Below, piece after piece: positions 12,108 through 24,819 of a stretch of 61,835 nucleotides of DNA. Origin of the DNA: Gekko japonicus (taxonomy: Eukaryota); assembly GCF_001447785.1 (NCBI RefSeq), contig NW_015175991.1, positions 315,028 to 376,862 on the forward strand. Direction: 5' to 3'. Within the stretch, counting starts at the first letter, position 1, and each line of letters starts with the position of its first letter. A program made the translations under genes and the position numbers. The notes under the pieces were generated by a model. The model was not told where the DNA came from, searched no databases, and worked only from the letters and a program-made list of their open reading frames with translations.

Positions 12108-12245
12108 AATCGCTGATGGGCAGTAGTTTGTTGGAAGAATCTGAAGTACCCAGTAAGAACCTGGTGTCCATAAGCTCACCACCTAGCCTTGATGTAGCAT
12201 CCTTGCACCTGCCTGACACTGAATCGATTATTGGTGTAAAAGAGG
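12108..12245 (+). CDS. ZNF410: ZNF410 coding exon 9 (ESLMGSSLLEESEVPSKNLVS...)
   Basis: AG/GT boundaries, 138 nt. Confidence 0.93.
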
Positions 12246-13142
12246 GTGAGAACTGTTTCTATCTAATAGAAAGGAGGGTTTATATATGGTGGCAATGGTA
12301 CCTGGCATTGGTCTGAAATGGGATAATGGCTTGAATCCTATGATTGTGTTCCCCTTGGACTCCTCTATAGCCACTGTGGAAGCTTTCCTCTGCTGCAGCA
12401 CTCACTTCCTCTGCCACTAGCAAGATCAATGTTTTTCAAGGAGTCCTTACACTCAGAAGTGCTAGCAGAAGAGAGAAGCTGAGGGTTTTTTTTGCATTCC
12501 TTTCAGCCAAATCCATTCTGTCCTACAAATTAGATGCCCTTCCCTCCTGAAGGATGGCTGCTGTATTGTGCTTAGCACTGCTCCCTTTGATCTGTAGGAC
12601 TGGAATTGGAGGTTGTGGCTGCTTTTGTCATTCATTCCTTGCCTGGGATTGTATTTAGGATAGCTGGGAATAAATGGACATAGTAAACTGATTAAAGGAG
12701 CGTATAAATTGGATATAAAAGAGAACAGTGGTCTGGTCTCAAGCACAGGCTGCTGACTATCTCAGGTATTAAAATTAAATTATTCTACATCGAGTTAGCT
12801 CTCCTTTTTCACCTTGAGCCAAAGGCTTGGGATTTGTAAGAGGTAGGGGAGAACATACATATTGATACATCAGATTTGCTTGTTCATTACTTCTGTGTTG
12901 TCCTTAACCCCTAGTTAACCACCATTTTTGACTGCTTACTATCATCAAATGATTTGTATTCCTTTCTAGTGCTGTGAAAGATTTATGGCTTTCCCTGCAT
13001 TATAACTCTGCCACTCTTCCCTGCATTTGCTGTAAAACATCCATCCTAGTAGCCTTTTCTAGAGATCTAAAGTGAGTTGCCTAGGAAAAATCCCGTAGGA
13101 ATGATTTCTCAGGTATAACATCTACTTCTGTTTGATTTGTAG

Positions 13143-13267
13143 AGGTTCTTGTAGAAGCAGCAACAAACTCTCTCCATGCTGCATCTGATGTCGTGTTGCC
13201 ATCTCACCATCTAATGCCCATGTCGACATCCAGGCATTCTTATGGGGTGTCAGCTTTGCTTCAGTAA
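13143..13267 (+). CDS. ZNF410: ZNF410 coding exon 10 (EVLVEAA...HSYGVSALLQ*)
   Basis: Acceptor AG 13141-13142; in-frame TAA 13265-13267; donor CAG|GTCAGT at 13275/13276; spliced CDS 1410 nt. Confidence 0.85.
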
Positions 13268-15168
13268 ATCCACAGGTCAGTTTGAGCAGCACTAATCTGG
13301 TCTCTGTAAAATTCAGAGTCCAGGAAGAAAAAAAGGTGCAGTGGGAAAACGTTTTATTTGTAGCTGTAGATCTATAGAGGGATCTATAACTATAAATAAA
13401 ACGTATTTTCCCACTGCACCTTTTATGTTTCTGGACTCTATATTTGTGTGGCCCTCTTTTGCTCTCCATAGAATTCAGGAAATTTATGGACTGCTTGGCA
13501 AGGAGAATTATACTGTGTCTTTAAGTGTGAAATGGCTTTCACTGGAGAATGGAGTTGCTTTCTAAGATGCTAGTGTGTTTACATTTGTCCTTTGAAATAA
13601 TTACTAGTTGCTCAATAGTTGCTAAATTTAAACTAATACAGTAACCTAAATTTGCTACACTATGAAACAAATTGTTTTTGCATTTTTTGTACATTACACT
13701 TTAATCTCATGTTCCCTAAGGAACTCCGTGCTTAACACGCGGTTCTCTCTCCTCCCTTTTGCCCCTGCAACAACCATGTGTGTTTGAGCAAAAGTGACTG
13801 GCCCAGGGTTTCCTGATGAACTTCAGAGTAAGGATTTGAACCCCACTATTTTAATTAAAGGAGTTCTTTGACATCCAATTCATTTGAGAAGTACTTAGAG
13901 AAGCATGCAGTTGTTTTGACACTGCCATTGAACATACCTATGGATTTTCTTCAGTGTAAATGTGGCTGTTAGCTGGGTACTTTGCTTCTCCTCTGCCAGT
14001 ATGCTGTTCTCGATACACAGTGGTACTGTAGTTCCTCCTCCTGAGTGGAATTCTTCAAGCACTGTAAGCCGCTACCATTGGGTTCCACATATGGAATAAA
14101 TGCTAAAAAATCCTTCCATTATATAAAAGGTGTTTTGCTTGCATCCAGTTTCCTGTTTGTGCATGTCATGAACAATGTTTGCAGCTGTATTCTTTTGGTT
14201 TGCAACTCTTTTGACACAACTGTTACAGGCGTCTCTTCCCTTCCTGCATTCACTTAGTGAAGCTTTGGTTCCAAATAATTGAACACCATCAGATCTTCAA
14301 GACACATTGTTACTTTAATTATTGGGGATATTGGCAAAGTTTGATTTCTAAATAAATGAGAGATACAAACTATTTGGTGTTCTTTAGTTGTAAATTAAAC
14401 TACAAAAGTGACCAGCCTACTTGTCCATGCCTATCTAGGCAGTTGTGATAGTGTTGCCCTAAAAGAAAATCAAAAGGTAGTGAAATCTGTGAGTTTATTT
14501 TATATACATGAAGAACTGAACTACTCTGTGTTGACTTCAGTTACAGAAGGAAGAGCCAAGCAATGAAGTATTGAACACAAGCAATGAAGCTAAAGAATAG
14601 GTTTCTGTGATGTGCTCAAGAAGCTCTCTGGTACCAGAATTCCCAGCATGTATGCTGTGCCTTTAGCATACTTTTTATGTGACAACCTGGTTTAGTCACT
14701 GGAAATGCTTCCTGAAGAATGGATTCTGGAATTACTACTAATATATGAACAGTATATTGTTCCTGTTGAACATGGTGCCCAGAAGTCAGGAGGCAATGTT
14801 TTTACAACTAGCTCTAAGTCACTTTTTCCCTCCTGAAGTGGATCATAGGTTCTGGTGTCATACTGGCTTGTCCTTCTTGGGAAGAATCTTTAGATTGTAG
14901 TGCATTCTGCAGTAAGGCACTTCACTCTGCTCTTGCTTCTGAGCTGTAGGGGTGGTTATGTGGCTTTTTTTCTTGGAGCTGGAGTTTCTATATCCTCTTG
15001 CTTTGTGCAGATACATCAACTAATGCTGCTTATGCTCCACACTGAAGACCTTCAGAAGATTGCATCAGACACCCTTGTACTTGCTTCTCTGTGTGACATT
15101 TTAATTTCTAATTATTAGGGCCTTTAATTTAAACAAATCAGACATAGAAACTATTGTGTTTTCTTGTA

Positions 15169-15174
15169 AATAAA
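15169..15174 (+). terminator. Candidate polyadenylation signal of ZNF410
   Basis: AATAAA followed ~25 nt later by a GT-rich tract (TTTTGTGTGTGTG); candidate terminal exon starts at 14541. Confidence 0.55.
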
Positions 15175-17222
15175 TGATGTACTTCCAACTCCAAATACAG
15201 TTTTGTGTGTGTGCTCTGATGTATGGGGTGTATGACTACCTCCTAAAGCTAAACACCAGACAACATTACATACAATTGTATTATAATATGTTCAGTATTA
15301 AATTTAACAAGTATAAATAAGGATGATTAACAATAGCTGCAGAAAATGCAAACACATTGCTGAAGCCAGGAGGAAGAAATTCTAGGGAAGTAGCTACATT
15401 AACCTGTTGTAGCAAAAGCAAAAAGGAAGTTGTATAGTACCTTTTAAGGCCAACTAGCTGATTATCCCATAAAAGCTTATGATATACAGTCTTCTTCATC
15501 AAATACAGATAAAGCATCACTTCATCTGATAAAAGATCTCTGGTTCACACCAGCAAATGAACTCCAAAACATCAGCCTAGTTTTGCTTAAGCCTACAGAC
15601 CTTAATAGGGTACTAAATTAATTAGTTCATTTTGAAATAAGTTCAGTAAGTCAAAACACTTCCATAATTTTAGAAATATCTGTTCAAGAAGAACAGCTGT
15701 ACAAGAGGCATTTTTGTGTTATACTGTGTTATATGCAATTCCTATGAGCCTAGCCAGAGCTACTTTAGTAGTTTCTGAAGGGAAGTGGGGTATAGGTCTA
15801 GCAAACTTTCCCAAGAATTCAAGATGCATGCTAAGCTGGAATGAGACTCAGTGGGGAAAGTGTATTTTTAAAACACTTTCTAAACAAAACACATAAAGCA
15901 TCTAAGGTGGCTTTACTGTTTAACATGTGGGGAAGGAATTCAGATATGCTAGTTCTGTCTGATAGAAAAAGAAAGGGTGATGGCCTGTGGATTTAAACAA
16001 TTTTAAACCTAAAATTGATTTTCCTTATATCATTTGAATTGAAGTCTGTATGGAAAATGGAATACTCCAGAAAGGTCAAACAATGAATTTTTAATATCCA
16101 AGTACCACAGAGGGGGTCTCTAATAAAATGTCAATGAGAGCTTTAAGGGTCAAACACATAATGTTGCATAAAGAATCTCCATGAACAGTTTATTAATCCC
16201 AGATTCAATGGGTTTCCATTTGTTTTTGAACAGCAGGGCCCAGAATAACTGCAGTGGATTCACGGCAAAAGCAGGGCTTGTCACGCTTTACAGAAGGCTT
16301 AAGACTTGCCTTTAATGCTACTACCGTAACTGAAAAGTGGCTGTCTTCATTAAAATTACTATTAGGACAATCCATTTGCACATTTTAGCTTTGAGCTGCA
16401 AGTGGATTTTCTTCATATTAAAATGCAACAAATAGGACATCTATACCAATGGCTGGAATCCTATACATAACTTATGTGAGAGTAAAATCCATTAATCCCA
16501 ATTGGTTTTGCTTTTGTGTACATCTGCAATGTTTCATAATGGGATCTTGGACTATATGTCTGTTAACATGTAAGAATGTAATACTCTACATTTATACAAT
16601 ATCATAGTCTTCTACATTCAGCAGTAAAAGGAGATAGGAACATCGAACTCCATTATTGCACTAGGACCTCATGTATGCAGACCTTCTTCCCCCTGCTCCC
16701 ATCCTATCATCACAGTCCTATGTTGAGTTCTTGTCAGATATTCAAAGCTGAGAGGACAAGCTTGGTAAAAGGAACACACTCATTAACTATTGTTTAATAT
16801 GTACCATGATAACAAATACTTTAATGTAAATAAAATAAACAATAAAAGCTCCGGTTCATGCTGAAGGTTTTGCTTAATCTTGTAAAGGATCAATATTTGA
16901 TTAAAGGAAAGAATGAGCTGTAGGCACGTAGAAACTTCACTTGGGTTCCTGTGTTAATTCCTGCACATACTGACCTCCTTGAGATTGTTGGTGCATAGCG
17001 GCATTCTCAATGCCATTCTGGGACTTCTGAATTCTGCTAAAAACTGTTCAGAAGTTCTTCTCTTTCAAATTTGAATACCATAATTTCAAGAATCTCAAGG
17101 TTCCCCCATTTTCTTCCCACAACAACTCTGTAAGGAAGGCTTTTTCATGGTTTAGTAAGTTCTGATTAAGTTATTTTCAGTGTAACTGTATGCCCTCACA
17201 TCTACCAGGAAAAAGTAGAAAA

Positions 17223-17393
17223 TTATGTAGATGAAAATGGCTTCATATACTTCAAGTACCTTTTTGATTCAGACTGCTCGATCCCCACTAAGTCAATGGC
17301 TTCTCTCCCTTTGCTTCTTACAAAATCTTCATTCAATCCAAATTGTTGCAAAGTGTCTCTATAGAGTCTTTGTGCCCCTTGACGGGCACCACA
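17223..17393 (-). CDS. FAM161B: FAM161B last recognisable coding exon (CGARQGAQRLYRDTLQQFGLNEDFVRSKG...)
   Basis: Acceptor CATAG; resembles FAM161B C-terminal DTLKQAGLEEDFVRNKG; 3' end uncertain (TAA 17223-17225 or donor at 17260/17259). Confidence 0.75.
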   Translation of the reverse strand, partial: CGARQGAQRLYRDTLQQFGLNEDFVRSKGREAIDLVGIEQSESKRYLKYMKPFSST

Positions 17394-17535
17394 CTATGGA
17401 ATCAAACATGAAACATTTAGGAGATCTCCTTTTCATAAATATTTAACATTATTCAGTGTTCAAGGACCATTACATTCTTCTGCACTGGAAGCCACATTCT
17501 CTGCCTGAAGTGTTGTGTCTCCCTATACTATAGTG

Positions 17536-17878
17536 CGGGGGTCCCAACTTTTAAGCCTATTTCTGACTCAGCATGGTGAGTGTAGCCACAAAATGGCTGC
17601 CAAAAAATAGCTGCTGTGAGAGGTGGAGCCAGCCACAAAATGGCTGCTGCAGCTTACGTTCAGTCACATAGTGAAGATCCTTGTGCTATGGTGGCAGCTG
17701 CTGCCAAACCAATGTTTTTAAAAATCTGCACAACCAATCAAATTTCCAAGGACAATCAGAAGCCTTGCTAGCAAAAATTCCACCTGATCCTGCCCATTTT
17801 CTAAAAACACTTGGTAGGCACCAGGAAAGGTGTTGGCAGGTGCCATGGGGCCCAGAATCACCACGTGGGGTAACCCTG
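17536..17878. mobile_element. Old hAT-type MITE
   Basis: Ends CGGGGGTCCCAAC / GTGGGGTAACCCTG; degenerate 8-bp TSD CTATAGTG / CTATAACG; internal AAAATGGCTGC repeats. Confidence 0.6.
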
Positions 17879-18657
17879 CTATAACGTGCACCTTGAATAA
17901 TAAATAACTATAAGCCAGTTCTTTATTTTGTCCTCTTCCTTCCTACTCCCTGTTGATGCTTAATGTCAATGTGACTTGTGCTGCATCCTCACAGGGGCAT
18001 GAAACAGCAACATGCAGTATGGGAACAATGTCTATCTCCCCCCCCCCTCACCACCACTTGCTGCTAACACCATTCCTCATTCCTCCCTCTTTTTCCACTG
18101 TACCTGCTCAAAAGTGCTGGCACAACAGCAATCCTACTGGGACCCTGTGGCTTAGATCCCCCTTTCCATACTGAGCCATGGTATAATGCTACTGTGAACC
18201 CCAGTAGGGAAAGGGAAAAATCTCTTTGTAGGATTGAAACTGAGGATTCAATGCTGAGTTTAGCACTGTTCCCCTCTCCAATGTGGCTACAGGAGACCTG
18301 AGTTTACAGATGAATGCTCCCCTCCTTTGGAGAAAATGGTTTATATTTTCTCTAAAGTAAGGAGGATGGAATGGGAGCCAGACAAATCAAGCACACATTG
18401 AACACAAGGTCATCTGGGTGCTCCCTTTTAGTGCGGGGGCTTCCCACTGTCCAAGCAGGGAAAAATTCCTGGGTAGAAGCTACACTGAATACTGATTGCA
18501 TGACGATCTGGGGAATACTGCCTGTTTGATCCTTTATCCTTCCAAAATAACAGTCTTGTGACACCTTGAAAGACCATTGCGGCATAAGCTTCTGTGAACC
18601 AGAGCCCACTTCATCAGATTCATAATCTTGCCATCTCACTCATTCCAAAATAGTTAC

Positions 18658-18757
18658 CTTTGTTACTTGTTCAAACAGATATGGTCTGTTTTTCACTCGC
18701 GTCTTCATATCTTCTAGTTCTTTTTCATACTCCTTTGTTCTCTTTCGGTCATTCTGC
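18658..18757 (-). CDS. FAM161B: FAM161B exon (QNDRKRTKEYEKELEDMKTRVKNRPYLFEQVTK)
   Basis: 100 nt, AG/GT on minus strand, RPYLFEQ motif of the FAM161 family. Confidence 0.93.
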
Positions 18758-19768
18758 CTGAAATAAACATTTTCTTAGCATATTAGAAATTCTCCTGAAT
18801 TCCTCACAGCCTGTTATTCATCACAATAGTACTCAAAGAGCAATCTTGCACCATGAACTGGTCTATCACTGAAACCAAAATTTATTAATCTTCCCTAATA
18901 TGAGTTAACCATCTCTATTCTAAAGGAAACCAAACCTGTTCTTTTATTGTGTTCTATTCCCTGGAACTTCTCGCATTAGAAGAAAATGGGGTATGCATCA
19001 CACTGGTGTCGATGGGACTTTGTTTTCTGGCTGAAATATCCCAACAACCACCTCAGCTTCAAGGAACCCAGTGAGGTGGAGGGCAGTGACCGAGAGAAGC
19101 CAGAAGACAGTTGAGCAACTAAAATGCTTCACCTGTAGAGTCAGTAGCTGAGGATCAAGGCTTTTCTAACCAGGAGCCAGCTAATAGTAATTAGATAGAA
19201 AAGCTGAAGTTGTTTACTTCATATACTGTATGAACAAAAGATAGTTTTCCCACATCTGTTGCACTGAAGCTTTTTTCTCTCTACTTGCTCTCCAGTCTCT
19301 GCACCAGGCAACTGCAGAATCAGAATAGAAAGAGCTCTAAAAGTCATATTTATAGCCCACTTTGTGCAGGATTCCATAAAGTTATCAATTATAGATATTC
19401 ATCCAGTCTCTGTAAAATCTGGAGAAAAAGCAGTTCAGCTGCTTTTCTGAGTCAACTTGCTACACCACTCAGCTGTCTTACTGTCTAACCTAAATACATT
19501 TCTCTGCAACTTGATTTATGGCCACAGTAATAAGGTGCAGATTCATCATAAAAGATCTGAACTATTTTTCTGTTACAAAATACTGTTTTGCAAACGTGGT
19601 CCTTTGACTTCTAGTGCTAGTGATATGAATGAAGATTAAACAAATGATACAAGTATGACTGAGGACTGGAGCTCAATTCCATTCCACATGTTAAATTTCT
19701 AGTAATTCCAAATGTATGAAATATTTTGCTTTGAGGAACTTGGCATTTATGCAACATGGAACACTGAC

Positions 19769-19936
19769 CAGTTTTGTTCTAGCTTTTCCTTATGAGTCTC
19801 ATACAAGCTTTTATGAGGGTCCATAGCTTTCGCTCGATAATTCACGGACTTCTGCATAGCCTGACATTTCCTCTTCTGCTGCTCTGCCCAGCGAATGCCT
19901 TCATTTTCCTTGTACTTTTTATCTTGTTGGAGAGAT
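19769..19936 (-). CDS. FAM161B: FAM161B exon (SLQQDKK...RAKAMDPHKSL...)
   Basis: 168 nt, phase 2 to 2, AG/GT. Confidence 0.92.
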
Positions 19937-20040
19937 CTGTAACAATGAACGTGGACAATGGAATCCTAGTTCATTCCAAAGTGAAGCTTAACCCCCCCCC
20001 CCAAAGAGGAGCCAAATCACATCTAAGTTAATGCAAGCAT

Positions 20041-20433
20041 CAGGGGTCATTTCATAGAAAAAGAGGTGCAGGAGCTCATTAGCAAGTTTGCATATGCCAC
20101 ACCCCATGACATCACCAGAAGTGTGTCAGAAGGCAACACCCACCGCTCAGGCTCCACTGGACTGTTTTGGATTTCTAGCTGGAGGGGGGGGGAAGTGTGC
20201 AGATCTGCCCTCAGAAAGGAGGAAGAGCTTGTACACCGAATAAAACTTGGTCTTTGCCCCTGGACTGTTTTGGACTGGGAGGCCGGGGGGAGCTCTGCAA
20301 CTTACCTGGCTGCTTCTTGCTCTGACTGAGGGCTGCTGGGAGCAGGGGGTGGGGCTTGTTGCATGTGCCCGCCCCCTGGGCTCTTTATTGCTGGAGCTCT
20401 GCTCCTGTGCGCTCCTGCAGGAAATGATCCCTG
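20041..20433. mobile_element. hAT-type MITE with perfect 8-bp TSD
   Basis: TIRs CAGGGGTCATTTC / GAAATGATCCCTG; TSD GCAAGCAT at 20033-20040 and 20434-20441. Confidence 0.9.
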
Positions 20434-20451
20434 GCAAGCATTATTACTCAC

Positions 20452-20579
20452 TTAATAGCAGATTCTCTTTTCCTCACTGCATCTGTAATGTAGACTGGAA
20501 GTGTGTTGGCGGAAAGAGAAGACAGACAAGTCAAGGAACGACTTCTTTGTATTGGAGTCTTGGAAGATTGCTGACAATC
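20452..20579 (-). CDS. FAM161B: FAM161B exon (DCQQ...RSRSLTCLSSLSANTLPVYITDAVRKRESAI)
   Basis: 128 nt, AG/GT, FAM161B-type SLSANTLPV motif. Confidence 0.93.
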
Positions 20580-21216
20580 CTGTAAACAAGGATAGTAGCA
20601 TTGCTTTGAAAAATTCTTGGACCATAATTAGTTGTAGGTGCTATACAAATAATACATTTTATATTATGGATATCAACATCTAAAAGCTAGTAGTTTGTGA
20701 CTATGAATTTAGAGATTTTTTTTTGTCCTAAATGGCCTTTTGATCCTACAGTTAATACTGAGGAAGACATTCTCTCTAAAGCACTTTATGCATAATATGC
20801 ATAATATGCTGCCACATATTTTGTTAGTCTTTAAGGTGCTACTGGACTTGTGCTCTTTTCTATAATATGCTGGATAGCCTTGTTTCCTTCCCTATGAGAG
20901 ACAGCCCTGGAACATTTTTAGCATCATATGTTTGCTTTGATGTTTACATCTAATACTGGAAACACGTCCCTTTTCCTTTGATCATTTTCTCCCTAACAAA
21001 TAATACATAGTGATTGAAGTATAACTACCGTGAGATTACGTTGGTGCTGTTAAGGCATTTCTCATTTTGATCTGTAACAAAGGCATTCCAGTAAGACTTA
21101 ACTCTGCAAGCCCAAAGTACTCCAATTCTGTGTAAAGTCTAAATTTACAGAATAAATCCTTGGATTTATATATGAGACAGTAGAAGGTTGTTAAGGCTAA
21201 AAACAATTCTTTTTAC

Positions 21217-21551
21217 CGGCATCTTCTGGTTAGTCATCTGATGTTTACAACGGAGATTAGATGTTCTTAATTTGAATGGTTTATTGTGAGTTGCTTCTTT
21301 GATTTCTCTTTTGTTTATTGCTTCCCTTTGGAATGCCCAGTAAAGTCCTTCAAAATCAGGCACTGATGTGTTAATTCTTGGTTTAAAACTGAAGTTGTCC
21401 TGCAGAAAGCTGAGCTTTTGCTCTCTGTTTCTGGAGGCAATTTGTGATTCTTTCCCCCTTTGTCTATTGCCAAGTTCAACGGGAGCCCAAGAGTTTTCCA
21501 GTAAATCCTTGGCTCTCATCTGAATACGGATTTTTCTGAATAATTCAGCTT
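21217..21551 (-). CDS. FAM161B: FAM161B exon (EAELFRKIRIQMRAKDLLENS...)
   Basis: 335 nt, AG/GT, overlaps ORF 21166..21519. Confidence 0.93.
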
Positions 21552-22051
21552 CTGAGGATTAAAACAAAAAAGTAATAAAAATTCAGACAAGGTGAACGGA
21601 TGTAAATCTGGCTACTGCCATAGCAGAAAATGGTGTACAAATCATATTGCAGAAAGCTCTTGGGTGAGCTGTCAGTTCCATTTTTTATTGGTTAAAAGAA
21701 TTCACTGATTATTTCTTGCCCATCCCTCCCCATCCTGAATCTTACCAATGCAAAGCCAACACACTGGGGAATCTAATGCCCTGGTTTTCACAGTGCAACT
21801 GCTGATCAGTTAAGAGTTACAGTTTTGTCATTTTCTCTGACTGGTACTACTTGTTTTTTATATTAGAAAAGTACTAGCAGTTTGTCAAGATAGTTTTCTC
21901 CCCAATTAATGTTCTACTTAAATATTTGATATTTTTTTTGTAGTGGTGTTTCTCTTGCCACATATGGGGATGCACACATTCCCACTATTTCATATTTCTA
22001 TGACAGTCTGACACAAAGTACTTTTCCGAGAGCTAAAGGTAAGAGCTTCAC

Positions 22052-22599
22052 CTTTGAGTTTATCCCCAAACATTGGTTCGTGAATGGATCTGGAGATCGT
22101 CTTTCCGACTTTTGGTACTGATTTCTCAGCTGAAGCCAATATTTCCAGAACCTTCTGTCTGATGGCCTCCTTTCTCTTTTCTTCTTTTTCTTGAAAGCTG
22201 AAAGGTTTCTGTGTGGAAAGGAGCAGCTCCCTTCTCTTCTGCGTCTCCACTTGTCTCCGAATTTCATTTTTTTCCATGATTTCCTGGTAGAGTGGAAGAT
22301 AGACATGGGCAGGCACAGGTTGTGCTCTGAACTGTTTTTGGCATTCAGCTTCTTCTTGGCTTTGCTTCTTATATGTGTCTTTCTCAAGAACTGTGTGTGA
22401 TTTTAACAACTGGGACTTCTTACGAGCTTCTCGAAGTGTCATTTTGAAGGGCTGGGGAACTGTGATAGAGGAGATCCATGCAGCAGAGGCACTCTTTGGT
22501 CTTGAAAAAAACTGAGGAAATGAATGACGGGTTTGCTCATTGGTTGGGCCATCTGTACCAAGGTCAGTCAAAGAGCTGTAGTGTCTTATGTTACCAGAT
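22052..22599 (-). CDS. FAM161B: FAM161B large exon (ITVPQPFKMTLRE...FRAQPVPAHVYLPLY)
   Basis: 548 nt, AG/GT, UPF0564/FAM161 motifs, ORF 21990..22571. Confidence 0.95.
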
Positions 22600-23030
22600 C
22601 TGAAGATAGAGTAAAAATATCAAAGACATAAGGGGGAGAGGTTATATCTGAGAACATTTTATTTTAAGTGAATGACATTTAGACACTTGTAAAAAAGACT
22701 AGCATCTGAGCCTGACTGCATTATTAGCCTTGCTATGTAATAATTGTAGTTGTGTAAAAATCCCAGAGGGGTAGCCATGTTAAAACAGCTCACACGTCTA
22801 GTAATTTTTCCTACAAAAACATGAAATATGATTTCCTCTTCATAGCATCTGAAGTAGTCAGCTCTGACTCATGAAAGGTCATGACGGAATAAGTGTTATT
22901 CATCTTTAAGGTGCCACTGGACTTATGTAAAATGTCATGTTATAAAGGGAGTTATGATATGAATCGCACCTTCAGCTCCACAACTGCATGCAAATCCCTC
23001 AGAAAAATAAGAGGCTCTACTATGTCTTAC

Positions 23031-23344
23031 TTCAGAGCTTCATGGTACGTTCTTGGCACTGTCAATCTTCCATTATCCTGGAAAAAGTCTTCCAACTCCT
23101 TGACATCTGTGGATAGCTTGTGGCTGTTCTCCAGTTTTACCTGGTACATCAAACCTAGTTCTAGTAAGCATTGCTTTTTTTTTCTTTGGAGAGTTTGCAG
23201 GGAATCATAAAATCCTGAACTTGAAGTAGTTATTATATCTTCATCTGGCTGAAGAAACTCCAGAAGCTCACTTCTTCTGGATACAGCAGCAGTGCTACCC
23301 TGTGGGGCGTCTTCTGATTCTGACTCTGCTTTAACTGGAAACAC
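23031..23344 (-). CDS. FAM161B: FAM161B exon 2 (VFPVKAESES...HEAL)
   Basis: 314 nt, acceptor TTTAG, donor GTAAGA, phase joins next exon. Confidence 0.85.
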
Positions 23345-23593
23345 CTAAAGAAATCAGAAAGGCAAAACAAAGGCTTCAGAATCCTCCATCTCAAATATAT
23401 GGCTTACTTCGTGGATATAATGACCCAGCTCTGAACTGATTCAGCCAACTCCCATTTACCAATAACCAATTTGGGGATGTGAGTTGACCCAGTTCCAAGG
23501 CTGCAAGGCAATACATGCACTTACTTGTGAGTAAGGCTCCTTGAGCTCGGCGAGATTTCCCTTCTGGGCTGAGCAGTCACATGGACTGAACAC

Positions 23594-24716
23594 CCCTAGA
23601 AGATCAGGATATAGTGAGCTTTTACAGGCATCTCTCGGGGCTTGGAATCGACTTAAAACTTACCTGGTCTCTCCATATTCACCATTGCAGACGTTTTTGG
23701 GCCAGAGTTGGTTTTGTCCAGGGGAAGATCCTTCGGCTTATCGCTGCTGGAGAAAGCAAGGCCTTACCAGATTTTGTGACATCATGGCCAGGGGCTGCCT
23801 ATATACTCAGCAAGAAATAGAACACAAGCTACAGGGACGGGTATCCTGGTTTGAATACGAACAAGTTAAACACTTAATATGCCATGACTCACATACCCCT
23901 CCGCCGGACACAATTTTACGCCCGTTTGAAGACCTTATGGTGGCTCAGTCGTTACCTAACAGGGTACTGGTATCGAAAGTTTACTATCTTCTCAATTTTC
24001 AACTTAAAGAGGATCAGGCCGGATATCAAATAAAATGGCATAGAGCTATTGGTCAGGTGCTTACCTCCGAACAGTGGACTGCGATCTGGTCCTCTCCTCT
24101 TTGCTGCTCCCGTTCCACCAATATTCAAATGTTAACCTATAAACTTCTATTTCGATGGTACCTGACCCCACATCAGCTGCATGGCATCAACCCCGCGATC
24201 CCTGAGAGATGTTGGGAAAACTGTAGCAGCCGGGGCACCTATATTCATTTTTGGTGGGAGTGTCCCAAGGTGGGAGTGTCTGGAGAGAAGTTAACGCCCA
24301 AATATTTCTAATTACAGGTTGCGCCCTCCAACTGCAACCCTCCTTGTTCCTCCTGAATTATTGGAGCCATCCCGCCCCCAATGGGCTTATGAAAGAGCTA
24401 ATAGAATTATGTCTTGCGGCTGCTAGGAATGTTATAGCATTTCATTGAAAATCTAAGAAGACGCTGCTACTGAGCGATTGGTATCTGAAGTTGTGGGACT
24501 TTCTTCTACAGGACAAAGTTTCCACTAGTATCCTTCGATCTGAAAATCAACCTGTCCCTGACAACCTCCAAGAAAAATGGATGCCCCTCTTAGAAGCGTC
24601 AGCAGCACATAAAATCGACACTTCCCTGTTTGCTCTGCATAAACATCAGGATTTGCTTTCCTATTTTTAACTTTTCTTTTAAATTTTAAGTAAATTAAAA
24701 AAACTCTTTAAAAAAA
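23594..24716 (+). mobile_element. 5'-truncated L1/Tx1-clade LINE (ORF2 C-terminus) with 16-bp TSD
   Basis: CCHC region CWENC...GTYIHFWWECPKV, YKLLFRWYLTP; one frameshift ~24275 and one stop ~24446; A-rich tail; CACATGGACTGAACAC at 23578-23593 and 24717-24732. Confidence 0.9.
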
Positions 24717-24819
24717 CACATGGACTGAACACACCCTTCACAAACAGTTATGGTTACAGGTCTATGCTGCGATGGCAGGCACGCGTCATCCATCAGTTCC
24801 TTTGAGTGCTGCCACCTCC

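Noticed and set aside
15460-15475. ATCCCATAA resembling the ZNF410 binding motif CATCCCATAATA (autoregulation)
   Set aside because: Partial single match inside a decayed repeat; known functional sites occur as clusters of full motifs
23541-24311. 256-aa ORF as a novel host gene
   Set aside because: It is L1-clade ORF2 C-terminus bounded by a TSD, with a frameshift and stop downstream
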